Shown here piece after piece: positions 25,096-37,560 of a DNA stretch of 64,000 nt (position 1 is its first letter; each line of letters starts with the position of its first letter). A program made the position numbers and the translations under genes. The notes under the pieces were generated by a model. That model was not told the DNA's origin and did no database searches. It saw nothing but the letters and a program-made list of their open reading frames with translations. This DNA comes from Chiloscyllium plagiosum (lineage: Eukaryota), in the NCBI RefSeq assembly GCF_004010195.1, contig NC_057755.1:5211643-5275642 (forward strand), written 5' to 3'.

Positions 25096-25372
25096 GAAGC
25101 ACGGTGGCTCAGTGGTAAGCACTGCTGTCTCACAGCGCCAGGGCCGCGTTATCAATTCTAGCCTCGCTCAACGTTCTCCCCCGTGCCTGCGTGGGTTTGC
25201 TCCGGATTCCTCGCACAGTCTAAAAATGTGCAGGTTAAGTGAAGTGGCCATGCTAAAATTGCCTGCTGCATTAGTCAGAAGGGAAATGGTTCTGGGTGGA
25301 TGACTCTTCTAAGGGTCTGTGTGTACTTGTTGGGCTGAAGGGCCTGTTTCCACACTTATGGGATCTAATCTT
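25096..25372 (+). mobile_element. HE1-type SINE
   Basis: GCACGGTGGCTCAGTGGTAAGCACTGCTGTCTCACAGCGCCAGGG head and GGGCTGAAGGGCCTGTTTCCACAC tail. Confidence 0.85.
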
Positions 25373-25839
25373 GTAAAACACGTTTCATTATTAGTGCAAG
25401 TAAATCAAATACATATGAAAATAATATTGACATTTGAATCACAGGCGAGTGTTTTCCAAATAACAGAGGGTGTTGAAAACATGGAATGTGCATCCAGAGA
25501 AGGTGGTGCCCTCAGTTTAATGTGACATCCAAACAAAGTTGAGAAATATTCACTTGTGCCTGGAATCCTTAACCTTAACCGTGAGATCTCCTGAAGGAAT
25601 TGATCTGCAACTGGTGCAACATAGAGGGTGGGAGATTGCAAGCCTGCTGTTTCACAAAAAGAAGATTTGTTCAATTTGTAGGGATTAGGATAAAAATGAT
25701 TTCAAAATATCGTTCAAGTTTCACCAGCAAAGCTTACAAATAGCTTTTATTGGCGTTCACCTCCCATTGTGAACAGTGTTTGACAGCAGAGAGCTTCACT
25801 TGTCTGATACATTACTGGGGCTTTGTTTTGGTGAAATAG

Positions 25840-26099
25840 GAGGCAGCCTGAAGGGCTGGGGAAAGACCACTGTGTAACATCTGCCTACCTAAGAAGAACA
25901 GGGGGCCCACGCAGTCATTTGGGCTCTGCTGACGTCTCAGCTAAATATATGGACATATGAGTGATAAACGTACAAACCTGTATATACAAATGATAAATTC
26001 CGATCTCTGTATGCAAATGTTTATGTATGTGTGGCATGACCAACTGTACAGACCATCAAATTATTTTATGAATAAAGTATATTTTTGACATAAATAAAA
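25840..26099 (+). mobile_element. Tx1-type LINE extreme 3' end
   Basis: ORF2 terminus TGG GGA AAG ACC ACT GTG TAA (WGKTTV*, 25857-25877), then a 3' UTR ending TTTTATGAATAAAGTATATTTTTGA and a short A-rich tail. Homologous to the element at 3880-4380. Confidence 0.7.
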
Positions 26100-26226
26100 G
26101 TAGTTCTCCCAGGACGAGGCAATCCCATTGCACTTCGGGTGTGTTGACGCCTGCGATGTCCACAAATGTGGGATACTCGACTGCAAAATTTGTCGTAATG
26201 GGGGACTGCATTCGCGCTCTCCCCTG
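26100..26226 (+). ncRNA. RNU1: U1 snRNA copy, 5'-truncated (about nt 38-164), non-functional
   Basis: Colinear with vertebrate U1: TCCCAGGACGAGGC, CCATTGCACTTCGG (U1A loop), CCTGCGAT...CAAATGTGGGATACTCGACTGC, Sm site AATTTGTC, GGGGGACTGCATTCGCGCTCTCCCCTG. Lacks the 5' ATACTTACCTG end. Confidence 0.93.
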
Positions 26227-27524
26227 GTTTACAAGCAAAAAGCAGATGTTCCAATAGATGGCGCTCACTTGTGTTTCCCACAGCTTCCTTATGTACTGCC
26301 TGTCTCTGTTCAACAAGTTGACAGATATATGCTGCACGTCTTACTTCATCCTGCTATAAACCACTATGTTGAAACCTTTTGACAAGAGCAACAAGCCAAG
26401 CCTTCAAATTACCAAATCTATTTCCCTCTATTTACTGCCTTTTGCTCAAAATGCCTCTTTAAACAATTTATCAGAGAGAGGGAAAACAGCCCAGCCTATT
26501 CAGCCTCTCCTGTAGCTCAAATCCTCCAACCCTGGCAACCTCCTTGTTATTCTTTTCTGAATCCTTTCAAGTTTCACAACATCCTTCCAATATGAAGGAG
26601 ACCAGATTGCACGGGTGATGTCCGGGGAACAACCCTCGGTAGTAAAGTACTTACAATCGCCACAGCAGAATGTTAGTGAGAATGAAAAGTAGATCTGATG
26701 TTGCCTTTGCCAACAGACAGCGCCTTGTGCAGTTAGAGAGGTCACACATTCCTCACGCGAGAACCAAAATCAGCAGGAAATTAACAGAAAGAGTCAGAAG
26801 GTAAAATACAAATCAGAAATTAATTGATCAAACATCCTCTGCATCTGCCCACAGAGCAATGGAAGGTCTTCACATCTAACTGAGTCAGGGAATTAACAGA
26901 TGGCAAAGGGCCATCGTTTGAAGGTGAAAGGCAAAAGTTTGGTGGTGATTTGAGGAAAGGTCTTTCACTCAGATAATGGTGGGGTTCTTGTAATTCAGTG
27001 CTTGGAGGCTAGTTGAGGTGGGAAACATCACAACTTTTAAAAACTACCTGGGACGAGACTAGATTTCATTCGGCTTTGGTAGCACAAGCTTGATGGACCT
27101 TTTCTGTACAATGGTCATAGAGTCATAATCATTGAGAGGTACAGCATGGAAACAGACCCTTCAGTCCAACCCGTCCATGCCAACTTCTGGGAGATAGGTT
27201 GGGAAGGGTACAATTTTCCTGAAATAAATCAAAGCCTGTGCATACTGGAAATATGAAACAGAAACAGAAATAGCTGGCGAAACCCAACAGGTATGGTAGC
27301 ATCTGTGGAGACAGAAACAGAATTAATCAAATCATTCTTCATCTGAAGACATTCGTCTGAGCATTTGTCAAGGAACTCGAAACATCAACTTGGTTTTCTC
27401 CTCATTCCAGGCCCTCTCATTTCAAATGGAGTGATTTCCAATAAGAAATTGAGATTTCTAGTGTTGATATTTATTGGCTATGAAGCATTTGTTTGTCGGC
27501 TCTAAGCATACTGGGCTCGATTGG

Positions 27525-30500
27525 GGTCATAGATATCTTGAGCATGGAAACAGGCACTTTGGTCCAAATCGTCCATGCCGACCAGATATTCTATCATCAT
27601 CTACTCCCATTTGGCTCCATATCCCTTGAAACCTTTCCCCTTCAATTACCCATTCAGTTGCTTTGTAAATGTTGTAATTTCATCATTCTCCATCATTTCC
27701 TCTGGTAGTTCATTCCATACATGTGCTAGCCTTTGTGTGAAAGAAGTTTTACCTTTTAAATCTTTCCTCTCCTATCCATGACCTTGGGATTTTATAAACC
27801 TCTATACGGTCATCCTAGCCTCCAATGCTTCATTAAGACCAGACTTATTCAACGTTTACCAATAGTTCAAACCCTCCAAACCTGGCAACATCCTTGCAAA
27901 TATTTAATGAACCCTTTCAAGTTTTACTCCGTGCATCCTTTCGAAGTGAGACCAGAATTACACACAGTTTTCCCATAAGTGGCCTAACGAATGTCCTGTA
28001 CAGCTGCAACATGACCACAATTCATATAATAAATGTTCTAACTAATAAAGGAGCAGATATTGAACGTCTTCTTCACTATTCCACCGACCAAAGTCTCGAC
28101 TTCTAAGGAACTATGAAACTGCACTTCAAGGTCTCTTTATTCAGCAACACTCCCCAGGAACTTACCATGAAGTTAGTGAGATGTGATTTCCAATGTGCAG
28201 AACCATGTTGAATATCTCTATTCAGTCCTTGCCTATACAAATGCAGGGTACATATAAATCCGTCAGGATTCCTTCCAACATTTGCCGACCACAAATGTCA
28301 CGCTCATTGGTCTATAGTTCCCCGACTTTTCCTTACCACCTTTTTTGAAATAGTGGTACTACATTAGTCAACCTCCAGTCTTCCGACACCTCATTTGTGA
28401 CTATTGATTATCCAAGTATTTTAACAATGGGCCTGCAATCACTTCCCTAGTTTTCCACAGATTTCGAGGGTACACCTGATCAGGTCTTGCGGATTTATCC
28501 AACTTAATGTATTTTATGACATCTATCACCTCCTCCTGTGTTATATGGAAATGTTTTAAGATGTCACCATCTATTTCCGCCCATTCTATATCCTCCATGC
28601 CTTTCTCCACACGAAACACTGATGCAAAATCCGCGTTTAGTATTCACCCCGCCCCCCACCGTCTCCTGCAATTCCACACAGAGGCTGTCTTGATGATATT
28701 TGAGGGGACTCATTCTCTCCTGGGAAGCCCTTTTGTCCTTAATGTATTTATGAAATCCCCTTAGATTCTCCATAACCTTATTTGCTAAATTTATCTTATG
28801 TCCCATTTTGCATTCATTACATTACATTACAGTGTGGAAACAGGCCCTTCGGCCCAACAAGTCCACACCGACCCGCCGAAGCGCAACCCACCCATACCCC
28901 TACATTTACCCCTTACCTAACAGTATGGGCAATTTAGCATGGCCAATTCACCTGACCTGCACATCTTTGGACTGTCCATCTTAAGTACACCCCTGCTGTC
29001 CATCTTAAGTACACCCCTACTCTTCAATGGATTCACTCAAACTCTGCTATCTACACTTGATGTATGCTTCATTCTTTTTCTGAACCAAAACCTAGACTTA
29101 ACAGCTTTATCTTTGCCCAAACAGGAATGTACTCTTTCTGGACTCTCGTTATCTCATGTATGAAGGCTTCTCATTTTCCAGCTGTTCCTTTTCGTGAGAA
29201 CATCGCCCTTCAATTAACGTTTGAAATTTCTTGCCTAATGGTCTTCCTCTAATCTGGAACTTTAACATTTAGATTCAGTCGATACTTTTCTGTCATTATT
29301 TTAAACTAACAGAACTTAAGTCTCTGACCCCAAACTGCTCCCCCAACTATTCCTCGGTCACTTGCCCTGCCTTCTTTGGAGGTCAGGTTTTGCACATTCT
29401 CTTGAAAATACATCCACATCCTGAATCAGAAAATTTTAATAGGCAAACTTAACAAATTCTTTTCCATCCAAGCCCTCAATAATGTGGAAGTCCCACTCTA
29501 TCTTTGGAAACTTAAAATCACTTACAATTACACACTACTATTCTTACAATTAACTGAGATCCCTTTACAAATGTGTTTCTCTATTTCCTGCTGACTCTTG
29601 AGGGGTCTGTCGTACAGTCCCAATAAGGTAATCAGCTCAATCTTATTGCTCAGTTCCAAACAAATAACTAGATGTATTCCCAAGAATATCTTCGGTAAGT
29701 GCAGCCAAAATGTAATCACTTATCAAAAAGCAAATCCCCCTCTTCTCTTGTATCCATTCTTTCCTTCCTATAGGATTTCTACCTTGCAAACTTAATCTGC
29801 CGGCCATATCCATCCCTGAACCACATCTTTGTAATTGCTATGACATTCCAATCTCATGTTTCTAACAACATCCTCAGTTCATTTGTCTTCCCTGTTGGGC
29901 ATCTTGTTTAGAAATAAATGCAATTTAATTTTTCAGTCCTGCTTTATTCTCTGCTTTTTGCCTGCCTGCCCTGAATTTTCCCAACTGTACCAATCTCAGT
30001 CTGTTCTCTTTCCTCACTATCTCCCTGGCCAAACCAACAGCCCCCCCCCCCCCCGCCACCCCAAGCCACTCCATCCTTAATAGTTAAATATTCCTGAGCA
30101 GCTCTCGCAAATCTTCCTGAGATTTAATTAGTTCTCTTCCAATTCAGGTGCAATCTGTCCTCCTTATACTCGTCATTACACCACAGAAAAGTTTCCAAAT
30201 ATCCAAAAATGTGAACTCTTCTCCCCTGCATCAGCTCCTTAGCTACTTATGCATCTGCTCTATCCTGCTATTCCTACACTCAGCTGCCCGTGGCAACAAG
30301 AGTAATCCAGATATTACAAAGCGCAAGACTCTCCTTTCAATTTCATGCCTAACCTCTTACACGCTCCCTTCAGAATTTCATCCTTTTTCCTTTCTATGTC
30401 GTCAGTTCCAATGTAGAAAACGACCTACTGTTGTCCTACACCTCTTTGAGAATACTCTGTACTCTCTCCGAGATATCTTTGGCACCAGTGAGGCAACATG

Positions 30501-30930
30501 TGCTCTTTGGCAAAGAAACGTCTGTCTGTGTCTCTGACGAGAGAGTCCCCTATCACAGTCGATCAGAACCTGACGTGACTCTCTTTACATTCAAACCAGT
30601 CTTGATGCCAGAAATGTGGCTGTTCATGCTCCATTCCCCTCAGAGTCCATCACCCAGTACGTTTTCAAAAACAGCATACCTGTTCAAGATAGGGTTAGCC
30701 ACATTAGAATCCTGCACTACCTATCCCCCTCTCCTATCTTTCTTGGAGCTAACCCATCTACCTGACTGTATCTGTGGTTTTTCACTCTTCCTAGAACGGC
30801 CATCCATCACACAGCCCAGCTACTGGAAATTCCTTATCACTTCGAACTGTTGCTTCAATCGATTCATGCAATCTGATAGGATTCACAACCAAACACACTT
30901 ACTGAAGCCATAACCATCAGTAGCATGGAA
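27525..30930 (-). mobile_element. Decayed CR1/HER1 LINE with ORF1, endonuclease, partial RT and 3' end (internal deletions)
   Basis: ITLLGLYDRPLKSQQEIEKHICK, KINLANKVMENLRGFHKYIKDKR and KLDKSARPDQVYPR. ORF1 remnant is colinear with 43700-44500. Confidence 0.85.
28812..28974 (-). mobile_element. 5'-truncated young HE1 SINE with (GTAAT)n tail, nested in CR1
   Basis: CATTACATTACATTAC tail. Body is nearly identical to the 7489-7640 part of the other copy. Confidence 0.85.
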
Positions 30931-31249
30931 GCTATAGCGAACTTTGGTGAGGATCCAGCAGAAGTATTGTGTACAGTTCTGGTCAACACATGATAGGAAT
31001 GTAAACACTCACAGAAACGCATCAATCTTCAAAACGCTGATGAGAGATGGGAAGAGTGACGGAGTTTAATATGGGGAAGAGGTTAACTATGTAAGAGTGG
31101 AGATAATCCCTTGTCAGTAGAGTTCCAAAAATGGTTCTCTCCAAAAAAGGATAACAGGCTCCTCTTATTATGGGGAAAGCAAATATTCAGATCACATTGT
31201 CTTCAGCAGAGCTGAAACACTGAGCATTGATACAGTCCAGCAAGCCTTG

Positions 31250-31780
31250 ATAGTTTTCTGTGATGCATCTGGTAGTTGCTACACATTTCTGCAACTTTCA
31301 GTGGTGGAGGAAGTGGATGCTTGTGGATGTGATGCCAATCAAGCGGGTTGCCTTTTCCTGGATGGTGTCAAGATTCTTGAGTGTTGATGAAGCAACACCC
31401 ATCCAGTCAAGTGTGGAGTATTCCGTTACACTTATTAATTTTACTTTGGTTTTGGAGAGTCAGGAGATGAGTTACTTGCCGTAGTATTCCTTGCCTCTGA
31501 TCTGCTGTTAGAGCAATAATATTTAAATTGATTATGAACAGATAATTATTGATGAGGCAGATGCGGTTGGTGGGACTAGGACACTAACCTGAGATACCCT
31601 TGCACATGTCGTGAGCTGAGATGACTGACCTCCAACAACCTCAACCATCTTCTGATGTGTCAGATATGACATCAACTCGTGGGGAGTGTGCCACTGATTG
31701 TCATTTTGTGAGGGACACACGGATGTCATTCTCACCTCACCTCTGGATCTCAGCTCTGTGTCTATGTTTGAAGCAATGAT
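31250..31780 (-). mobile_element. CR1/L2-group LINE fragments
   Basis: Minus-strand MEYSTLDWMG.ASSTLKNLDTIQEKA and GQSSQLTTCARVSQVSVLVP (RT GVPQGS region). Confidence 0.7.
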
Positions 31781-31959
31781 ATATTGATAAACTATAAAAA
31801 CGTGATTTCGGGAAAAACCTCAGTAGGTCTGGCAGCATCCATGCAGAGAAAGCAGAGTCACAGCTTCAGGCCCGTTGGCACTCTCTCAGAACCTGATGCG
31901 ACTTGCCATCTCAACTATTTTTGTTTCATCTGCAAACTTGGCAACAGCACATTCACTTC

Positions 31960-32690
31960 CTGCACCTATATCATTCATATGCATATTATTACACCTTTTA
32001 ATGTATAGTATATACAGTATTGGATTATTATATGTTGGAGCTGTGTGTGTCTGCACAAATATTACTGTGTACAGCATCAGATCATGTTTACATGCAAATA
32101 TTATTGTGCATTGCAACTGTGTGTTTATATCGAAATATTATTTTGCATCAGATACATTCCGGTTTATATATAAATACAATTGAGCATTAGAACTATTCAT
32201 TTGTAAATATAAATATTGTTGTGTCTGGAAAGTGTTCATGTTTGTATTCAATTCCTGTTTTGTTTCGGAGCTATTCGTGCCTTCATATAAGTATTGTTGT
32301 GTTCTCTATTACATATAAACCTGTTGTGTGTTGCAGCTGCACGTGATTATATATAAATAATTTTCCATTTTCGAAGTATTTATATTTATGCACCAATCTT
32401 GTCTCATATTGAAGCTGTAATGAAACTGTTCATATTCCTGTCATGAAATTGTGTCTTAGAACTGTTTATGTTCATATTTAAGTATTGTATATTAGAACCG
32501 TTCTTGTCTATATGTAAATATTAAAGTGTGCTGGAGCTGGTTCAGTTAATATATAAAAATTGTGAATTGAAACTATTCCAGTTTATGTTCAAGTATTACT
32601 TTATATTAGAGCTGCGGCAGTTTGTACATAAATATTGCTGTGTATTGGAGCTGTTGCTGTTATATGTCAATGAGTGTATGTTGTAGTTAG
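31960..32690. repeat. Degenerate AT-rich tandem repeat, unit about 37-40 bp
   Basis: Recurring ATATAAATATTGTTGTGT(A)TTGGAGCTGTT motif. Confidence 0.7.
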
Positions 32691-32919
32691 GCCTGCCTCC
32701 TATCGATCAGCAAGCGTGTGTCTAACGTGTGGTTCGGCTACTGAGTCCCACCAGAGCTATGTGATGAATTTGCAATTCCAGCGCTGGCCAGAGGGACGGC
32801 AACACAAAGCAGCAGCAGTCACGTGTTAGCGGTAGTGGTAAATTATCAGGCAGGGACTCCTGGTCTCTGTTTATTGTAGTGTAAACACACATTCTGGAAT
32901 TGGGAACAATAATTGAAGA

Positions 32920-33360
32920 GCATCAGGGGAGGATAGAGAACGTTAGAGAGGGACTCAAGATTGTAATAGGGAGATAATTCAATACAGAAGAATGGTGATA
33001 GGATTAAATAGACAGTAACAATGAGAGGGTTTTATAGAGAGTAATAGGGAGAGGGTTAAATACAGGTAACGGGACGGGATTTAAAATAAAAAAAGTAACA
33101 AGGAAAGGTGGAAATGGATCTATATTGGAAGAAGATTGAATATAATTGAGCGAGGAAATGGTTAACTACAGTGAAAGGGAGAGGATTTAATATCAAGAAT
33201 CATGGAGAGGATTAAACAGGGAATAACGCGAAGAGAGTTCAGTATAAAGAAATAAAAATGCTGAAATAAGGAGTGTTATGACACAGCGGTGAATTTTTCT
33301 GCTAGTTAAACTAAACACAGAGAAAAGCTCACCTCGATACATAATTGGTAAAGTATGAGT
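32920..33360. repeat. Degenerate purine-rich tandem repeat, unit about 25-27 bp
   Basis: Recurring AATACAGAGTAATAGGGAGAGGGTT-like motif. Confidence 0.65.
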
Positions 33361-34779
33361 GACAGAGAACTTCCCAAATTCCACTATTTGAAGAAAAAAT
33401 TCAATATTATTCTTTAACTCTAAAAGGGAATATTAAACAACAACTATTTACAAGTCTGAGCCTCCTTACTCTTAAAGATCTGTTATCTACCTTCAAATCT
33501 GTGACAATATTTTGATACAATAAAAGCCCCTATTAAAACTGCGTCAACTTAATTTTCAGAACAAGCCACCGTCTGTTGGTGTCGGTGCCTGTCTTCTTTC
33601 AGCTGAAGATCGCCCTGCGTCATCTTCGGTCTTTTGTTCCAAAGGTGGTTCCTATGAAAAGGTAGCTTTGATAGAGTGTGTTTTGCTTGCAGATACTCTG
33701 ATGATGGCAGTTGGTCGTTCTTTCTGGCGAACTGTCCAAAATGCCAGCTTGTTTATACTCCAAAACATCATATATACTCATCGGTTAAATGTTGTCAAAA
33801 CAATAAAATTAAAATGTGATTGGAGTTTAGAATCCTGGGGAATCATGGAAACTGCTTGCTTAAATTTGAACTGGTGTGAACATAGCAGCCAAATGTTAGG
33901 TATTTTCAATGTTCCAGTATCCTCTGAGACTGGTAGTCATTCACATGACAGTTGTCTGCAATACTGTTGCACCAAATGTTCTGCAATTCTTGTTTTTTCT
34001 TGCTCCCCGCCTTTTTAAATAGTTTGGTTACTCTTACCACCCTCCAATCCATTCGAACTTCTCCAGAGTTGCCAGAATTTTGGAAGATGATCCTTGGAAT
34101 TCAATATTACCAAGGACACTGTCTTAGCACTCTCCAGGGGGAATTATCATGCCTGGTGATTTCACAGCGTTTAACCCCTTTAATTTCCCAATAATAACGC
34201 TTCTTTTTAAATTTGGCCCTTTAACTAAAGCCTTGTCAACTGAACATTTCTGGGACGTTATTTGTGAAGCAAAATCCATATATATGCTTAATTCTTCTCC
34301 CATTTCAGTTTACCTCTCCTGTTATACTTTCCCCACATTCTGAATTAAAGGGATTCACATTTGACATCACATTTTTCTAAAATGTCATACATCGTCAATA
34401 ACTTTACAGTCATTGTCTTTTGGTCCCTGTACGTTTATTCTCACGTTAGATTGCTCCACTATTGACAAATCTTTTCATCTTCTCTTTCTGAATTCTGAAC
34501 TGCTCCTCAAGCTCAGGCTTGTTATTTTTGTGAATATTTTAGACATTCCCTCTTTGGATTCAATAGTATTCATGATGTCTTTTGCAAGCTCTAGCCGAGA
34601 CTCCTTTCCCCTCTTCAAATCAAAAATAACAAAAACTTCATACGCATATGTAGGCGCTGAAGCAGAATACTTATTTACAATGAAAAGAAACAAACATTTG
34701 AGTTTGAGCCTATCGAGCAAACAAACCAAAGGCATTTCTTACTTGCACAAAATTATATGCCCATACAATTGAGGCATCA

Positions 34780-34782
<3 letters not shown>

Positions 34783-34829
<47 letters not shown>
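34783..34829. repeat. (GA)n microsatellite
   Basis: Perfect dinucleotide run. Confidence 0.95.
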
Positions 34830-34833
<4 letters not shown>

Positions 34834-35275
34834 GTTTCTATTTGTCAATTCTACCATTTCCAATGACACAGTAAAAACGATCAGCGTTCCTGCAGGACCG
34901 ACGGTGCTACATGAACAGCACAAACTACACAATCTTACACGGCATAAAGTGCATATGAAGTGCAAAACACGAAAGTTGCAGTGAAATAGAAGAATGATAA
35001 ATAATGGACTTTTTCTAGCAGCAACTTGAAGCCGTGCAAAGAATTTCAGATGGAAAATGTGTCCAGTCATACTGTGTTACGGAGAATGGTGGCTTGTGGG
35101 AAGGAACTGTTGCAAGTCTGGACGCGAGAGACTGAATGCTTCCGTCTCTTCTGCAAGATAGCAGAAGGGTGAAGAGTGAATGATGGGTGTGTGGGGGCAT
35201 CCATAATGCTCTTAGCCTGTCGGATGCAGCGTGTTCCATAAAAATCTGGAATGAAGTGAAGGAGTTCCGACAATT
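34830..35275 (-). mobile_element. Rex1/Babar-type LINE 3' end
   Basis: AKSIMDAPTHP / HSLFTLLLSCRRDGSI / CNSSFPQATI. Confidence 0.65.
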
Positions 35276-35289
35276 GAACGGCCCTTCAT

Positions 35290-35770
35290 TAAACGTCAAC
35301 ACAAAGGATTTGGACGTTAGTCTTCCCCTATTCTGCTTTGACTGCAAATGACTGATTCTTACTGCACTCCTGAGCACATCGTCCTGATATTTGTGCCACA
35401 CTAGTTCGAGGTCAACTCCTTGCTCTGGAAAATCTATTAAATTCTGGCGAAGAGCGTCTTTCACTGAGTTCTTCATCCTTCAGGCAGTATTGATATTTTC
35501 TTGACCTGCATCCAAGGGGAAGAATGTGATGAACACAGAATCCTGCATCACGGAACTGCTCAGAATGAACCTCACAATAAAAATACTTGTGGCTTTCTCC
35601 AGACTTCTTTTGCAAAGTTATTTTCCAGTAGGATGTGTGAGATAGTCTCGAAACTCATGCAGCTTACTTCGAGGGCAGCGTGAGGTGATGGGAAGCGTCT
35701 GGCTGTACATTAAGGATCTCACAAGTTGTGCCCTTCTCACCACCGGCCAAGTGATATCTTGGTTCTTGTT
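35290..35770 (-). mobile_element. Tx1-type LINE ORF2 C-terminal fragment
   Basis: HKYFYCEVHSEQF, KNSVKDALRQNL, HKYQDDVLRSA. Confidence 0.65.
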
Positions 35771-36499
35771 GCAAACTCCTAGAGATGAGGAATTCTGCCA
35801 AGTGACTTTGACACTTTCCTGTTTTATTGCTGGTCCAGACTGAAATGATTAATTATTTCCCTTCATGTGCATGTTCCTTCCATATTAGCCATTTCTTATC
35901 CTCTGCCAATTCTTTTAGAAAGGTATTATTGCCAAGTTATTCATCAATGTCTCCTTGTTCTCTTCATTTAGATTCTGGATCGCAGTTTCAGGCTGAATTT
36001 CTTCACTGTCCTATTGAATAAACAATTCTACCATTTTACAGTCACTCCTTAAAATGTACCCCAAACAATAAGATTGTAAATTAATACCATATCATTGCAT
36101 GTAACCACTCCACGATATACTCTTCTCCCGGTTCTTGCTCAACATGTTGGTCTAAACAACATCCAATAAAGACTTCAGGAAATTGTCCTATTTATAGTTT
36201 GGTTTGTCAAACAAATATGCATATCACAGTCAAACATGATTGCAGTTGTATAGTGCATGCATCGTGTTAAATGCCTTCCTGCATGTCCCCAGTACTGTTT
36301 GGATCCTATAGACAAACCACACCAGCACATACTGTTGTTTGGGATTTCCTCCCACCTACCATACAGGTTCTGCTAATTATGTGCATGTTAACATAGGGCA
36401 GTAGGGCGCAAGAAATCTGCAGCACTTATTTAGTGGAGGAGAGACAGGAGGCGATTGCTGTATCAGGGTAGATGGAATTAAAGGGATTTATTCTTTGTT

Positions 36500-37110
36500 T
36501 TAATGGGGACAATCTTTGGAATTCTGGAACAGAAGTGTCTTCGGCGTTGCAGTTCAAAATCTTGTTGAGTTTAGCAAGCACGGTTCAGTTGGCAGTTTGG
36601 AAGAGCATCTGCAATCTTCGTATTTGTTACAAGAAGGCTAGAATATACGAGCAGGGGCGTATTGCTGAAACTCTATTAGGCTCTGGTCAGAATACATTTG
36701 GAATATTCTGAGCAGCTGTGGAATCCATATCTATGGAAGCATGTGCTGGCTTTCCAGGCTGTTCAGAGAATGTTTTCAAGAAGGAGTCCAGGGAAGAAGG
36801 ATTTTTGATATCAGGTGCAGTTGAGGACCCTGGGTCTGCACTCAGTGGAGTTCAGAAGGATTGGGGAGGGAAATCTCATGAAGCTTGCAGAATACTGGGA
36901 AATCTGGATAGATTGGACATGAAGAAGATGATTCCACTGGTAGGAGAGAGTAAGAATCAAAGACAAAGCCTCATAGTGAAGGGATGTCTCTTCGGGATTA
37001 CGATGAGGAGGAACTTCTTTAAACAGTGGTTGGGGAATCTGTGGAACTGGTTGTCGCAGAAGGCTGTAAGGCCCAAGTCCCTGACTGCACGTATGACAGA
37101 GATAGATCGG
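36500..37110 (+). mobile_element. CR1 LINE 3' fragment
   Basis: LDRLDMKKMIPLVGES...MRRNFFKQWLGNLWNWLSQKAV. Confidence 0.8.
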
Positions 37111-37560
37111 TAAAAACTGAAAGACGTGAGGATGCGGTGAACTCGAATCAAAAGCAGAAGTGGCATGACATCGTCAGAAAATCTGGCGGCACTCGTGTTG
37201 GGAAATCTGACTTACCATTTTGGATCGAGTAATACTTCCTCATGAAGTTTCTCAGGAGAAGAGCGACAGATTCTTGATTGGTAACGGGATGGAGGCTTCT
37301 ATGGTGAAGGCAGAAGAATCTGGTTTTATCAAACCCAATACGTTTTCATTTTTACCTTATTTGAGAATGGGCAAATTGGCACTAGACTTGGGAGGCTTAT
37401 GAGAAGAAATTGAGTCCACTATAATTATACTAATTGGAATTGAGAATAATGAAGCAGGGATCTTATGGAAACATTTGAAAATATGACGGTGACAGATAAA
37501 ACAGAAATAGGGAGATTATTTCCACTGGCAGAGGAAACTGCATAGCCTCGAAACAAGTGG

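Noticed and set aside
25807..25820. ATACATTACTGG as the missing U1 5' end
   Set aside because: The match is short and gapped, and U1 nt 13-37 do not follow.
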